This document shows positions 13,006 through 30,642 of a stretch of 64,000 nucleotides of DNA, piece after piece; the first letter of the stretch is position 1; each line of letters begins with the position of its first letter. The position numbers and the translations under genes are program-made. A model generated the notes under the pieces. That model was not told where the DNA came from. It ran no database searches and worked only from the letters and a program-made list of their open reading frames with translations. Origin of the DNA: Lama guanicoe (lineage: Eukaryota); NCBI GenBank assembly GCA_013239625.1, contig MU054925.1, positions 1,744,829 to 1,808,828 on the forward strand. The letters are read 5' to 3'.

Positions 13006-13959
13006 TTGAAAGAGGCAAAGCACCTGCTATTGCAATTCCCAGGAGGTGAGGGAAGGGCATGCCTTACGTTTGGGGGCAGAGGCACAGGTGAGTCAGATAT
13101 GCATTCCCCCCCGCCCCCGGCCCCCGCCAGTCCTCCACTAGTATCCTGGCCGGGAATATGGGCCTTCATTTGCCTTGGATCAGAGCCTCCCAAAATGCTC
13201 TCAGACATATGCCTATCAGAACATTCCAGAATGCCTTCAAAGCAGATCTGGCATCAGAGATGGCCTGTTTGGCCTCCACTGTATTAAGGGAGGACCTAGG
13301 GCCTGAAGGACATCCAGGGCCACGCCTAATGGATCTTAATGGCAGAGAAGAGGGGAAGGAGTGGGAGCTGGGAGGGTAGTGGGGAGAAGGGGGAGCAGAG
13401 AGGTGGGTGCAGCCCAGCTGAGCCCTGCCTGTCCTGTCCTTGCCTCACTCATAAATGCAGCTGGTTCTCTTTGTAGGACCTGAAGTGAGTCCCATAAGGC
13501 TCTCCTCAGTGCCCACCGGTGTTGTAGTAACTCTCCTCCCTTCTCCAGAGCTGGGTGAGGGGGAAAGGGCTTGTTTAGGACCCAAAGGCCTCGGCCAATT
13601 GGCCTCAACAGAGGGTCCTCAGGAAGGAATAGATTTCCCTTCCTGCTACTCCTCAATTCCCCACAATTCTGCTGGCATCAAGGTTATTTCAAGGTCACCA
13701 AATCCACTGAAGGAATTATGATGTGGCAAGCAAAGTTAAAACTTGGTACCAAAAATGAACTTCTTGGAGTCCAAGGGGGAAAAAAAATCAAATACATCCC
13801 ATCAAATGGACTTTGTCTTCTTTTTTCTCAACCTCCTGGTACATCCTACCCTGCCATCCTGTCCTACTAGGGCTGGTCTCCTGACACAGTTTGCCCCTCC
13901 CCACCCACCACAGACCATGCTATTTCCCCAGTGGTACATTTCCTAAAGTCTCAATAATC

Positions 13960-14830
13960 ATTCAGCCAAGAGTAACCTCCAAGAATAGATGATGTTGAAA
14001 TCACTGCATGATAATCTGGAGGGAAAAAATGAACTTGGTTCCATACCTCATACCTTAAAACAAACACCAATTCCACTTGGATCAAAGCCAGATGGACTAA
14101 AGAATAAAGAACAAATTTCTAGAAGAAAACAAGGGGTTTTTGTACAGCTTTAATCTGATATGACCTTTTATAAGTATAACAAAAAAATAGAAAAGCCATG
14201 AGAGAAAAAATTGGATACACTCAACTACATGAAAATCAAACATTTCCATATGGGGAAAAAATCAAAGTTTAAAGACAAACAACAAGCTGAGGGGAAAACT
14301 ACTAATTTCATATAGATAAAGGGTAAAGGGCCCCTATAAACCTAGAAGGGAAACACCCACAATCCCACTGAAAATGGGCAGAGGAGAGGCACACAGAGTT
14401 ACACAAAAGGGAATCCAAAAGACTTGACTGCTGAAATGATGCTCAACTTCATTTCTCTGAGAGAAATGCAGATTAAACAGACGAAGTTGTGAAAGGTCGA
14501 TGCACATTTCTGGTCAGCACAGGGGAAACTTGTAGTGAGTTGCTTTTTAGAGGATAAATGGTGTGACCTCCATGAAAGCAACGTGGCAATATCTATCAAA
14601 ATTAAAAATGCACATAGATCTTTTGGGCTAGCACTGCCCACTTCTAGGAATTTATCCTACAGATAAACTCACAAGCCTGTGAAATCCCTCCCCAATGTAT
14701 TCGCTGTGTGATGTTTCTAAGAGTAATCGATTGGAAGCAGCCTACCCTGAGGAGCCTGGCTGAGTGAATACTGAGCATCCTCACCGTAAGTACTATGCAG
14801 CTATTAAAACGGAGGAGGGTGAGGCAGTGC
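13960..14830 (+). mobile_element. Ancient L1 (L1M/L1ME-like) fragment, ORF2 end/3' region
   Basis: A-rich; ATACCTCATACC..., GTGGCAATATCTATCAAAATTAAAAATGCACATA, CCACTTCTAGGAATTTATCCTACAGA. Confidence 0.8.
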
Positions 14831-17529
14831 CACACGAGGTGATGTATGAACAAGATGTGGTGTATGTTTAGGCTGTTAACTTTACGTTCTTTAAAAGAAG
14901 GATAAGTGTTCTGGAACCCTGCTGGTGCCCTTCAGAATGCTCAGCCCCCATCTCCCACACATCCTACGAAGTTGAGCTGCTTGGTGGCATCCACTTTGCC
15001 CTCTTGGTGATGTGTCTGGCCAAGGGGAGCTCACCGGGAATCTAGCAGGCACGAGGGGGACATCATGTTTATTCCCTGTTCCCTTCCGGTCCATCCTCCT
15101 TTTGATGTTTCTAAACAGAGATCTGGTACATCCCTCCTTGCTCAAAATGCTGCATGGCTCCCTGTCACCCTCTGGATGGAAGCCAGATCCCTACCATGGA
15201 CCGCAAAGCCCCACCATGACTTTTAAGGGTCTGCTTCTGCCAGCTGCCCATTCGCTGTAATTCCAAACCTCTCCAAGCCCCCTGGTCTCAGCAAGGTTCC
15301 CTCTGCCTGCAGCCCTCCTCCTTTTCCAGGGGACAGCCTCAAAGGACCCCCTCGTCCTCCCCTGGCTGCTGTGCCCCTGCCCTGAAAGCAGGGAGCACTC
15401 TTCCCTGCATCCCACCTGTGCTCCTGGAATGCAGTTTGGTGCAATGGACAGAGGTACCCCAAGGCTCTTGGTCTCTGAAACCCTTCGGAGTCTGTGTTCT
15501 GCTGCAGGGCCCAGCTCTGGTCCTTCCAGACTTTGGAAAGAAGGTGGCTAGCTTGACTCACCCCTGGGAGGCTGGACCAAAAGAGGCCAGGGAGGACCTG
15601 GTGGGGGACTGGAGACCAAGGCTCAAGGAAAAGCCCTGGTAGGAAAGGATGTTGTTTGAGGCCAGGTAGGAACAGAACTGCAAGCAATCAGTAAGAAGCC
15701 ATGTTTGTAAAAATAACTCGGCTGTCAGCAGTGATGAAACAATATAATAAATATGAGAAATAAATCTCGTTACCATGTAATGAGCTGCCTTATTAATGCG
15801 TTAAACTTGTAAGAAATCCTTAAGTGTTTAATTGGCACCTAATGAGGGTGCCAATTAGGGATCATTATACCTTTCTTTAAAAAACCCTAATTGGCAGGGG
15901 GGCATTTCAATCAATGTCACAGAGCCAGCTCCGGAGGGACCCCGTCCTGGAGGTGCATCTGGTAGCTGTACCTGCAGGGCCACACCTCTGGTGGCTAGCC
16001 CCACTGGAGCCCACAGCAAGGTCAGGGCCACCGGGGTTGGACCCGCCCAAAGTCACCAGGCACCAAGACTCAGTTTCTCCTGAGCCACCAAATCCCACTG
16101 CTGCTGAAAGCCCGTCTGAAACGGTGCATCTGTCAGGAGGCTACCTTGTTCCTCCAACCAGACAGGGGGACTCAGGCTGTCTGGAGGCTTCAAGAAGCCA
16201 AGAGCTCACTGAGCATCGTGACCATAGTTCTCCTCCAGTGCCCAGCACTCAGTCTCAGCATCCCTCATGCAGCTAAATCTCATCCTGACTGCTTTTACAA
16301 GCAGCCTCATGTGCCTGGCGGGACCTGGGGTGGGCAATGGGACTCAGAGTGAATTCCATCCCTCCGGTCTCCAGCACTCAGCCCACCCTCCCAGGAAAAG
16401 TAAAGCCGAGCAGATCTATATTCCAGACCAGGCCAGCAGAAGAAAAGCGACCTGGGCAGCCAGAGCATGATTAATTACCAAATTAATCACTCGGGTAATT
16501 GCCAGAGAGCTGGGTGGAAAGCAGGGAAGGAGGCTGCTGCCCACCCGGGCAAGGCCCAGCCAGGCGCAGGGGGCTATAACCCTGGCCCAGGCCTGGGGCA
16601 AGAGGGCAGAGGCAGGAGACTGGCTGCAGTCTGAGCAGATGGCTTGGGCAGAATGGAGGCAGCAGACTGAGGGGCTTGGAAGCCAAACTAGGGGGTTCCA
16701 GAGTTCAGGAGAAGCCTTGCAGGCCTGTGAGTGGAGGATGGAGGTGCTGTGGGGGCAGCGGTGAGTGGGGCATGGCTGGGAACCCAGGGAAAAGATGGCC
16801 AGCCAGGAGGACTGCGTGGGCACACTTGTAGGACTTGGAGGAAGGGAGGTAACTGACTTTGGGGGCTATAGGTTGCAGGAAGGACCCTGTTTCTTGCCTG
16901 GGGATGGGGAAGGCAGCTGGCATCTCTGAGCTGGACAGAGCATGAGACAGGGCAAGGGACCAGCCCCTCCTCTGTGGCCTGTGGACTCCCAGGCTCCAGG
17001 GCCCTAAGCCAGGCTGGGGTTCTTGTAAAGGGGGAATGGGACTAGTAGCCTCTACCATCTGCTGGTTTTCAGGAATTGTCAGGAACCTGAGGGATCCCAT
17101 CCTTCCCCAGTGGAAGACCATTCAGGTGGCTAAGTGGAGTCAGATCAGAGGGCTCTCTGTCCCCGGAGCTCAAGCCCTGACCTTTCTCTCCTGCCCCAGC
17201 TGTTCCCACTTATCCCTCCCAGGCTGGATCCCAGAGGCTGGGCTGTGTTTTCAGGAGGCCCCAGATCAGGCTGGGTTTGGAGCAGGGGACTGCCCCATGG
17301 CCCTGCCCCTGCCTGGTAGTGGGAGGCTTGGTGGGACCACATGTGCTCCTGGGCAGAGGTAACTTTAGAACTTGGGCCGCAAGGGAGGGTTTAGACCAGA
17401 GGCTGAGCCAGAACATATGACCTGAACCAGGTGCACCGGCAGCCCCTGTGGCCCCAGGGCTGCCCGAAGGCTGAGTCTACTGTGATTCAGAGTCTCCCAC
17501 TCCTGTGAAGGCCCTGTAGCCCCTGGGCC

Positions 17530-18250
17530 ACACTTTGAATCTTCAGCGTGTTAAATTAGCAAATAATTACCTAGTGTTTCCTGTGTGTCAGGCACTGTTC
17601 TAGGCCCTCTACAAATACGAACTCTTAATCCTATCAAGTAGTGGGTGACAGACACAACTAGCCTCTGATTCGCCCATCTGCCGGGACAAGCGGAGCCAAT
17701 AGCAAGTATCAACTTCCACCTTCTGCAAAACCCACCAATCAGCATTTATCCTTTAGCATAATTTATCGGCATAACAACTTCCACCTCCCCCGACCTGAGT
17801 GAGGACTACTGGCGGGAAAGTTCATCCCTGGCCCTCTTTTCAGACATGCCCCTTTCACTTTCAGTATATCCACCAATCAAAACTTACCTCACAGTACCCC
17901 TCATTTGCATAAGAACCCACCAATCAGCTCCTACCCATGGGGATAAGTAACCAAGTCTGGGCGTTAGAAAGTGGGCTCCAGTCTGAATGGGAACCTCTTT
18001 TTGCAGGTGTTCCCCAAAGCTTACATGCAGTGTGGGCTCCAGTATAACTGGAGCTCTCTCTGCAGGTTTCCAAAAATAGGTCTGGCTCTGCCATTGCATT
18101 GTGTCTGTTTTTTTCTTTTTATTATTTCTCTCTGACTCTAAGAGGGAGGGCCTGTCTTACACTTTACAGAGGAGGAAACTGAGTCAAGAAATTTAGGGCC
18201 TTATCTCTAGTCACTAGTGGATTAGTTGAGATTCAGACCAGCTGGTTCAT
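17530..18250. mobile_element. MIR (minus) split by an approximately 500-bp old LTR-like insert (about 17645-18140; ERV1/MER110-like, family uncertain)
   Basis: MIR parts TGTGTCAGGCACTGTTCTAGG...TTAATCCT (17580-17640) and TTTACAGAGGAGGAAACTGAG (18163-18183) flank a CCAAT/octamer-rich segment. Confidence 0.5.
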
Positions 18251-19442
18251 GGAGCAAAGAGCATTTGGCTGAGTCTAGTTGTCCCAGGGTCTTTGTGCAG
18301 AGGTCACTGGGGTGTATGGCATGTGCACCCACAGTGGGAGGCTGACTGTCCATGAGTCACACCCGGTTTTGATGGTGGTGTGCGGTCAGTCACACTGCTG
18401 GCTTCTCAGTCAGGCTGCATGTGGACACTTACCACTTTGTGGGAGCTGCCTGTTCCTTGCTTTCAGTTCCTGCCATCCCCAGCCCAGAGCGAGCAGCCGT
18501 GGATTCCACAGAGCTAGCTTCAAAACTGGCTACAGGTGGGACAGTTAATTGATCTCATCTGGAAAGAAGTCTTCACAGTGGGGGAGGGGAAACAAGTCTC
18601 CTTTATCATTTTTCTATGCAATGCCCTTGTAGGCACTGAAAGGAGCTAAGATCTGAGGTAAAGACGGCATTGACAGCGGAAGTCCCAGTGCAGGCACAAG
18701 TGGCAGTGGGAAAGTTCCAGGAGGGAGTGATCTGCAGATATTGTGAGCTTAGCTCATGACCACCAGAGGGAATGCCCATCATCCAGCCAGCTGAACCTGC
18801 CAGCAGGCCTGCCCTGTCTCCTGGGGACAGGAAGGTTGGCATCCTTCCCTCCCTATGGAAGCTGCCTGGTGAAGCTGAGGGGAGAGGCAGTCCCTGAACA
18901 ACCCTCGGTGTTTGGCACAGACCCCTCCTGTCTTCAAATGCCCACAAGGGCTGCTCTGTTGACTGGTGAATCCTTGGGTTCAGCCTTTATCCCCTGCTGG
19001 GAGAAGTGACTAGATACCAAGTCAGGGCCCGCAGCCTAGACCTTCCAAAATATGCATAGGGGAGATCTTTGGGGATTGTTCTGGGAAGACCCATCCTCCA
19101 TAATAAAAGTTCAAGTAAGCACATACGTTTATTGAAGACTCCACGTGCTTTCATATATTAAATCTTATTTAATTCTCATGAGGGAAGGACCACTTATCAA
19201 TCCTCCATTCAATGAATAGCCCTGAGCACCTGTTATGTATCGGGCTCCGTTCTGGAGTCTCAAGACACAGACATGTGAAGTCTTCTTGACTCAGCCCCAG
19301 TCCAGCCTGCTTCTGACAGGGAGGAAGCAAACAGCTTCAGTGCACCAGCCACCCAGACTGCTGAAAAAAGCCTCAGGGCCAAATTTCACTCAGAGCGCCC
19401 CAGTATTGGCCCCACATGCCGAGCTCATGATCTAGGCCTGCA

Positions 19443-19456
19443 CCGCCACCTGGTGG
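19443..19456 (-). promoter_or_regulatory. CTCF consensus motif CCACCAGGTGGCGG
   Basis: Match to the CTCF core on the minus strand. Confidence 0.5.
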
Positions 19457-20667
19457 TCACATTGGGAAGAGCTCCAGAATACTCTTGCCAAGGGAAATTG
19501 GTCCACTCACCACTGAGGCTTGGGGAGGTTACTCTTGCGGATGGAAACAGGCCTCCTGGGTCCCTTTGGCATAGTGGAGAAGGGTGTGGTCTTTCTGGGG
19601 GAGTCATTCAGCAGCACCCTTGGCCTGGTGATCCTCGCAGAGCTGTCTGATAGACCCACTTCCCCACCAGCACCAGTGTGGAAGACAAGGGTAGTCAGTA
19701 AGAGACAATGCTTATGGCACATAGGGTTGGCCCAGCGCAATGTAGGCGCCCCATGTTTGTAGGGGTCATCTGGTGAGATCTCCATCACTTGTGTCATGGC
19801 TGTGAGGAAGTCCATCATCCCCTAAGCCTTGTCCCTGCCCAGCCTGAAACCCCCCTCAACTTGTGTCCAAACCCAGCACAAGGCCCAGCACCATGAAAGC
19901 CTTGCCTTATCCCTACTCAGAAGGGGTGTTTCTTCCTCTGAATTCCCCTGTCACCTTGCCCGTGCCTCTTGTCACCTCCTAGTGAGGGGTGAATTGTTGC
20001 TGTCAGCATTGTTGTTTGACTCTCGTGCTGGGTGGGACTCTTCCGAGGCCAGCCCCCTGTAGGTGCCCCTCAGCCCCAGAGTCCAGCTGGGGCCTGGTTT
20101 GGAGGAGTTCGGAAGGACTGAAGAGAATGAGTGAGTGGTGAGGGAAGGGACAGCTCTGTCTTCAGAGAACATTCCTTCTTTGGGAGTCTTGGATGTGAGC
20201 TCTGGGGTTAGCTCAGCTGGGGTCAAATCCAGGCCCTGCTGCATGCTAAGTAACCCTAGTGCTTTGTGCCCAGTTCCCCCACGTATAATATGAGGGCACA
20301 AGTGGTACCCAGGCTATGGGGTTCCTGGGAGGAGTTAAACGGGCTTTGCTTCTGCCTGCCAGTGTCCTGGCAGGTTCACACACAGACTCTGGGGCTGACC
20401 CACCTGCAGGGATTTATGGCAGGAATTCTGTCCTCCTCCATTAGGGGCTTCAGAGTGTCACCTTATTGACCTGTTATTGAGCTGCTGCTAAGTCCCTTAA
20501 GTCGCTCATAATCTGTTCTCAGCCTCCTCGGGGTGAAGAGCGTCTTGGCGATCTCTGCCAGGGAGGGGCCCACACTCCCATTACTTGGCTTTCTGGGGCT
20601 TCCAGCCTGCTGGCATGGGAGCAGGGGTAGGGCAGTGGTTCTATATCTGCCTCCTGGACCTAAGTAG

Positions 20668-20827
20668 CAGGGCTGGGGCTAGGATGAGGTGAGTGAGGCA
20701 CCCAGGGCACAGATTTGAGGAGGCATTCATGTTTAGGTTGGTGCAAGTGTAGTACCAGCACCTGAGTGAGGGCTTCTGATATTTTAAACCCTAGGCTCCC
20801 ATTCACCTCAGCCTAGTCCTGGCCCAG
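20668..20827. mobile_element. MER96-like palindromic hAT MITE
   Basis: CAGGGCTGGGGCTAGGATGAGGTGAGTGAGGCACCCAGGGCACAGATTTGAGGAGGCA ... CCCTAGGCTCCCATTCACCTCAGCCTAGTCCTGGCCCAG; long imperfect terminal inverted repeats. Confidence 0.7.
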
Positions 20828-23800
20828 CCAGATAAGTCCCCAAGTCAGGACCTGCAGTGTGAGGGCTGCTCTCCACACCACATGGGGGAGAGGTTGAGTG
20901 CAGGGGGGATCCGAGGATGGGGCCAGAGGAGAATTCAGGGCCACCAGACAGGCGACTGGGCTGAGGATGGGGCAGGAAGGCATCTGCAGTGCCTATACAA
21001 GCCAGCAGGTGACAGCACAGGAAGGCATCCGAGGCTGGAAGGCTGACTGGAGAGCCAAGTGGGCAGTGCCTGCTGGGTGCCCCATCAGGCCCCAGCACCT
21101 TTCTATTTCTAGGATTGTCTGAGATTCCTTCTCGAACGGTGTAGAGGAAGAGCCAGTCCCTGGGTGCTGGATCTCTTCCTCTGTACAATGGGTGACCGGA
21201 TACCCTGCAAGAAGGGCACTGGCAATTAAGTGAGATTGTGTTGGGTTCAGGTCAATCGACTGACCTGGCCCTCTCTCCATGAGATGGTCCACTGTATCTG
21301 GCACATGGCAGGAGCTCAATAAACCATGCATAATTATTATTATTATGTTATTAGTATTGGCATTGTTATTACCCGTGCCCCTTTATCTCTTGCTGCACCG
21401 CAGGAAGCACCCCCCCCCCCAAACCCAGGCCTCCACGCCTCCAACAGAAGTACGCTAGGGCTGGGCAGGCGGGAATGGCAGGAATAAACACCCCCTCTTC
21501 TCCTGTTTGACCAGAGGACAGGAGGCCTGTCAGCCACAAGGGCTGGGACATCTACTATTGTCCCCTCTCTACATTCTCCCAGGCTAGACCCCAGAGGCAG
21601 CCAGGTAGGAGGAGCTGAGGGCACTGGATGGGCCTCAGCCTGGCTGTCACTGGAAACACTGGGGAAGCCCCCAGCAGGTGGGCATATCCATCCATGCTGC
21701 CATCCAGGAAGGCAGGAGCTGGACCAGTGATGTGAGAACTGGGGAAACTGGGTGCCCCTTGAGAGTGATCTGTGGGGTGTTGGCAGATCCAGGTGGGAGG
21801 TGCCAGCACCCAGTGGCCATGTATCAGGAGAACAGAGCAGTGCAGACAAGGCCATGGCCTCCCACACCATCCCACACAGGCACACCTGGAGGATATGGGG
21901 CTGAAATCCAGGCGGCCATGGAGCCTCAGAGGTGACCAGGTCCTAGTCCTGGCCTAGGAAGGCTGGACTGAATCTGTGGCCCTTTCCCCTGAGATGCCTA
22001 TGCATACGGGGTCTCAGGACATGCCCGACCTCCTGTCAGGTTAAAGGGAGTTGGGGGCTTAGAGCACCTTGAGCCACCCTGGTAGGGGCAGGCAGTATTG
22101 CTGTCCTCATGCTAAGGCCTGCTACAGGGACAGCTGGACAGGATAGGGTGGAGATGTCTGCTCTCAGCATCTGAACACCCCCAGGCACACTCAGATCCTC
22201 TCCCTGCCTTCTTTTTCATAGAGATGTAGATACAAATATGTGGACGTACAGACTGTGTGTACACACATAACACACACACACACTCATCCCTTCTTCCTAT
22301 TTGACATCTGTCTCTTCCCATCTCAAATGGCGACGCAGAGACCGGGCTGGTGCTGGGCCCCCAGTGAGGCTCGGTGATGTTTCTGGAAAGAATCCATTGC
22401 AAGGTCAGACTACTCCACAGGAGTTTCTGGGCTCACCTCCACAAGAACTTTCCTTTACATTCTGAAGGCGTCCCTGGCATCTGCCTGCAGTCAGGCAATG
22501 GGATTATTGTATTCACTTTGGCTTGAAGGTGACACCTCACTTGATTAAACAAGATGGCCTCCTCCAAAGGCACCCATCCACGTCCACCCTGATACCACCC
22601 TGCAAACCGCTGCGGCTTCTGCCTGAAGCCCTGGTCGCTACTCATGAGGTGGGGTTTCATGTACTGATGTGTGGGGCTGGGGGGCAGCTCCCAAGGGCCC
22701 TCTTGTAACAGTCAGGAGCAGCAACCGCAGGCAGGCAACACCATCTCACCCCTTCTGCCTGGCTGAGGGCAGTGAGGAGAGTTCTGGTCAACCCACCAGG
22801 CCCATGGTCACAGGGAGGACATGTCGCCTGGAAACCCTTACCCCGATGTTTATTGATCTCATACTCTGTGGAAGAATTGGGAACCTTCGGGAAGTCTGGG
22901 TTTCCTCCAGGACTGGGAAAGAGCTAGAAAACAGAAGGCGGGTGGAAGGGAAGAGGTGACTGCGAGGGGACAAGGGATGAGGTGGCAGCTCCCGTCACCC
23001 ACAGAAAGCCACCATTTGTCCATCACCTAGCCAAGGAAAAGGAAAGGGGTCTGGGGCAGGCAGTGGGAGAGAATGGGGACAGGGGTCCTCCTGGAGCCCC
23101 CGCCCCAGGCCCTGTTCTCAGTGCCAGCCTTACTCTGTAGACCGTTTTTAGGGTCTCCCAGACATCACGTCTTCTGCAGCTCCACGTTCTTTGGCTGAGG
23201 GGCTCTCCAACAGGATGCGGGTGCAAAGCCTATACATCCCTTCTCCTCTTGCCCTCAGGAGTCCTGCCAGTGCGCTGAGGAAAGGGGACCCCTCCCCAAG
23301 GCTGGGGTCGGTCACGGAAAGACCCAGCTGTCTGACCCCAGTGTGGGAGGCCCATGGGGTGCTTGGCGCCCTCGCCCTTTACCCAAGGCCCTGTTCTGAA
23401 GCCCCCACCTCCAGCCCAGCCCTGGGAGCTCACCTCTTCCTTGTTTTCACTTACACTAGCCTGAAGGCTCAGCTCTCTAGCGGAGGGTCTGCATGTCACT
23501 TAGGGTCCTGGTTTGTGGGATTTTCAATGCTAAAATTGTGTGGCCCTGAGAAAACTAGGACAGTTGGTCACCCTGGTGTCATTCTCCCCCAGACCCTTTT
23601 GAACCCTGCAGGTGGCTTCACACCCCACCCACCCCCTGCACCCTTGTACTCTGGGAAAAACCATTTTTCCCCTATTGTTTCAGACCCAGCTCATATGGGT
23701 CCTGAGGCACCATACCTCCCCTGCACCTTGGGGCTCCAGCCCCCTCCCACCTCTGGTCCCACAGGTCCTGTCCACTTGGCCTCTCCACCCAAGCGGATGG

Positions 23801-24040
23801 CAGGCATGTGACTCCATTCCACAGTTGAGGCACGAGGCCCCAGAGCAGCCTTGAACTCTGGACCAGAGGCGTTTCACCCAAATGAACAAGAAAGCCAACT
23901 CGGCTGCCACCTCATAGCTGGAATCCAAGCGGCCACACCTAGGTCCCCCACAGCCCCTCACCCATCCTGCCCCTCCTGGGGTTTCACACCCGGAGTGTCA
24001 CAAGCTCACACTCTTTTTGTGTAAACATCTTAATTACATC

Positions 24041-24046
24041 TTTAAT
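24041..24046 (-). terminator. C3orf18: Probable C3orf18 polyadenylation signal (ATTAAA), 3'UTR about 1.5 kb
   Basis: ATTAAA on the minus strand followed about 30-60 nt later by GU-rich GTGTGAGCTTGTG...GGGTGTG. Confidence 0.6.
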
Positions 24047-25513
24047 GCTCTTACATGGAGATGCTGTGAGTTAAATTACAGCTTCTGTGCATCCTAAATT
24101 ACCCGCAGCCCTCCAGTTGGCTCAAGTGCTAACGTATTTATAGCATCTAGAGGAGGAATCAATCCAGAACCTTCCCCACGCAGGCCTCCTCGGCCCTCAC
24201 ATCCTGACACGTGGTATTTGCCCAACAGAAGTCTTGTACATGCCACCCTCGTGTCCCCTCCAACCAGCAGAGGACAGTGAGGGCGGCGAGGCTGGGCCTG
24301 GAGGGCGTGTGGCTGTGCATGCTCACATGCGCATGCGTGCCCAGCGGAGAAAAAGTGCTCAGTGCCTGGGGTCTGGCTTGGCCTAGTGCCTTGTCCAGAT
24401 GCCTCAGAATGGTAGAATTCCTGAGGGGCCTGGGGTGGGCGGACAATGGGTAGGTGGGCTGTGCGCTCAAAAGACAGACTAGGTCTCCTAGGTCTGTATC
24501 CCCACCAGGTTTCAGGCAGTCAGAATTCCCCCTGCTAGCCCGCAGCCTGCGGCCACTGCCCTCAGACCAATAGCCTCTCCCCTCAGCCCCAGATCACCAA
24601 CATAACCAAGACAGGGAACCATTTCAGAAGCAGGTTACCTGGCATTTAGAGCCCAGTGAGGAGACGCAGTGGGCAGTGGACCCTCACCTTTGCTTTCCTC
24701 TCCCTTCTGTCCCTGAACACTGAAGGCAGACAAGGTGGCCTACTTAGTGCTCTTCTATACACCATGGTGTGGGGGTCAGCTTGGAGTGTGGAGCTATGCA
24801 GAGGTCTCCATCCTGGCGCACACATCTATGAAGCCTCCCAGCAGGTCTGGCATGGCATCCCTCCACACCTGCTCCCCAACCTCCCTCCCCCTCAGCTCCC
24901 ATCCTAGCTTGGGCCCAGCCAGTAGCTGGCTGCCAGGGAAGGGTGTCTGGAAGACCTCATGGCCCCTCTGTAACATGGATGGACCCTGCATAGGAGCAGC
25001 CCTCCTCCTGGCATCCTTGCCCGCTGGGCATTCAGCTCTATCCCTAAGCCTCTCCCAGGGTGCCACCACACCATCCCCAAGACCTGGCTGGTTGCCTCTC
25101 CCCACCCAAGAGGAGGCTCCAGATTGCAAAGATGGGTCTTGCCTTGACAGAAGGGAAACCCCCGACTCTCTTTCCCTTCCATTCCCAACCCATGTCTCCT
25201 CCATTTCCTCCACATTAGAGGAACAGACTCTGATGTGAGGGGTCTGGAAAGGGAACAAGGCAGCCAGCAATAGCTCTTCACCTCCCTGACATGAGGGATG
25301 CTCTCCATGCCAGGCCCCTCAGATCAGAGGACATCAGTGGCCATAGGCCCAGCCTGGCCAGGGGCCTCTCTTGGAGCATGGAAAGTTAGCAGGTGGGTCC
25401 TCAAAACAGCTGGGGCCTTGGCAGGGCAGGTCCTGAGAGTAGGCCTTAATGATCTCGGAGTAGGCAGCTCTGTGGGCACTGTGGCAGGTGTCTTCATCAG
25501 AGGTCCAGGCCAC

Positions 25514-30642
<5,129 letters not shown>

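Noticed and set aside
23191-23811. 206-aa ORF
   Set aside because: Non-ATG start in the track, composition typical of GC-rich non-coding DNA, no recognisable motif.
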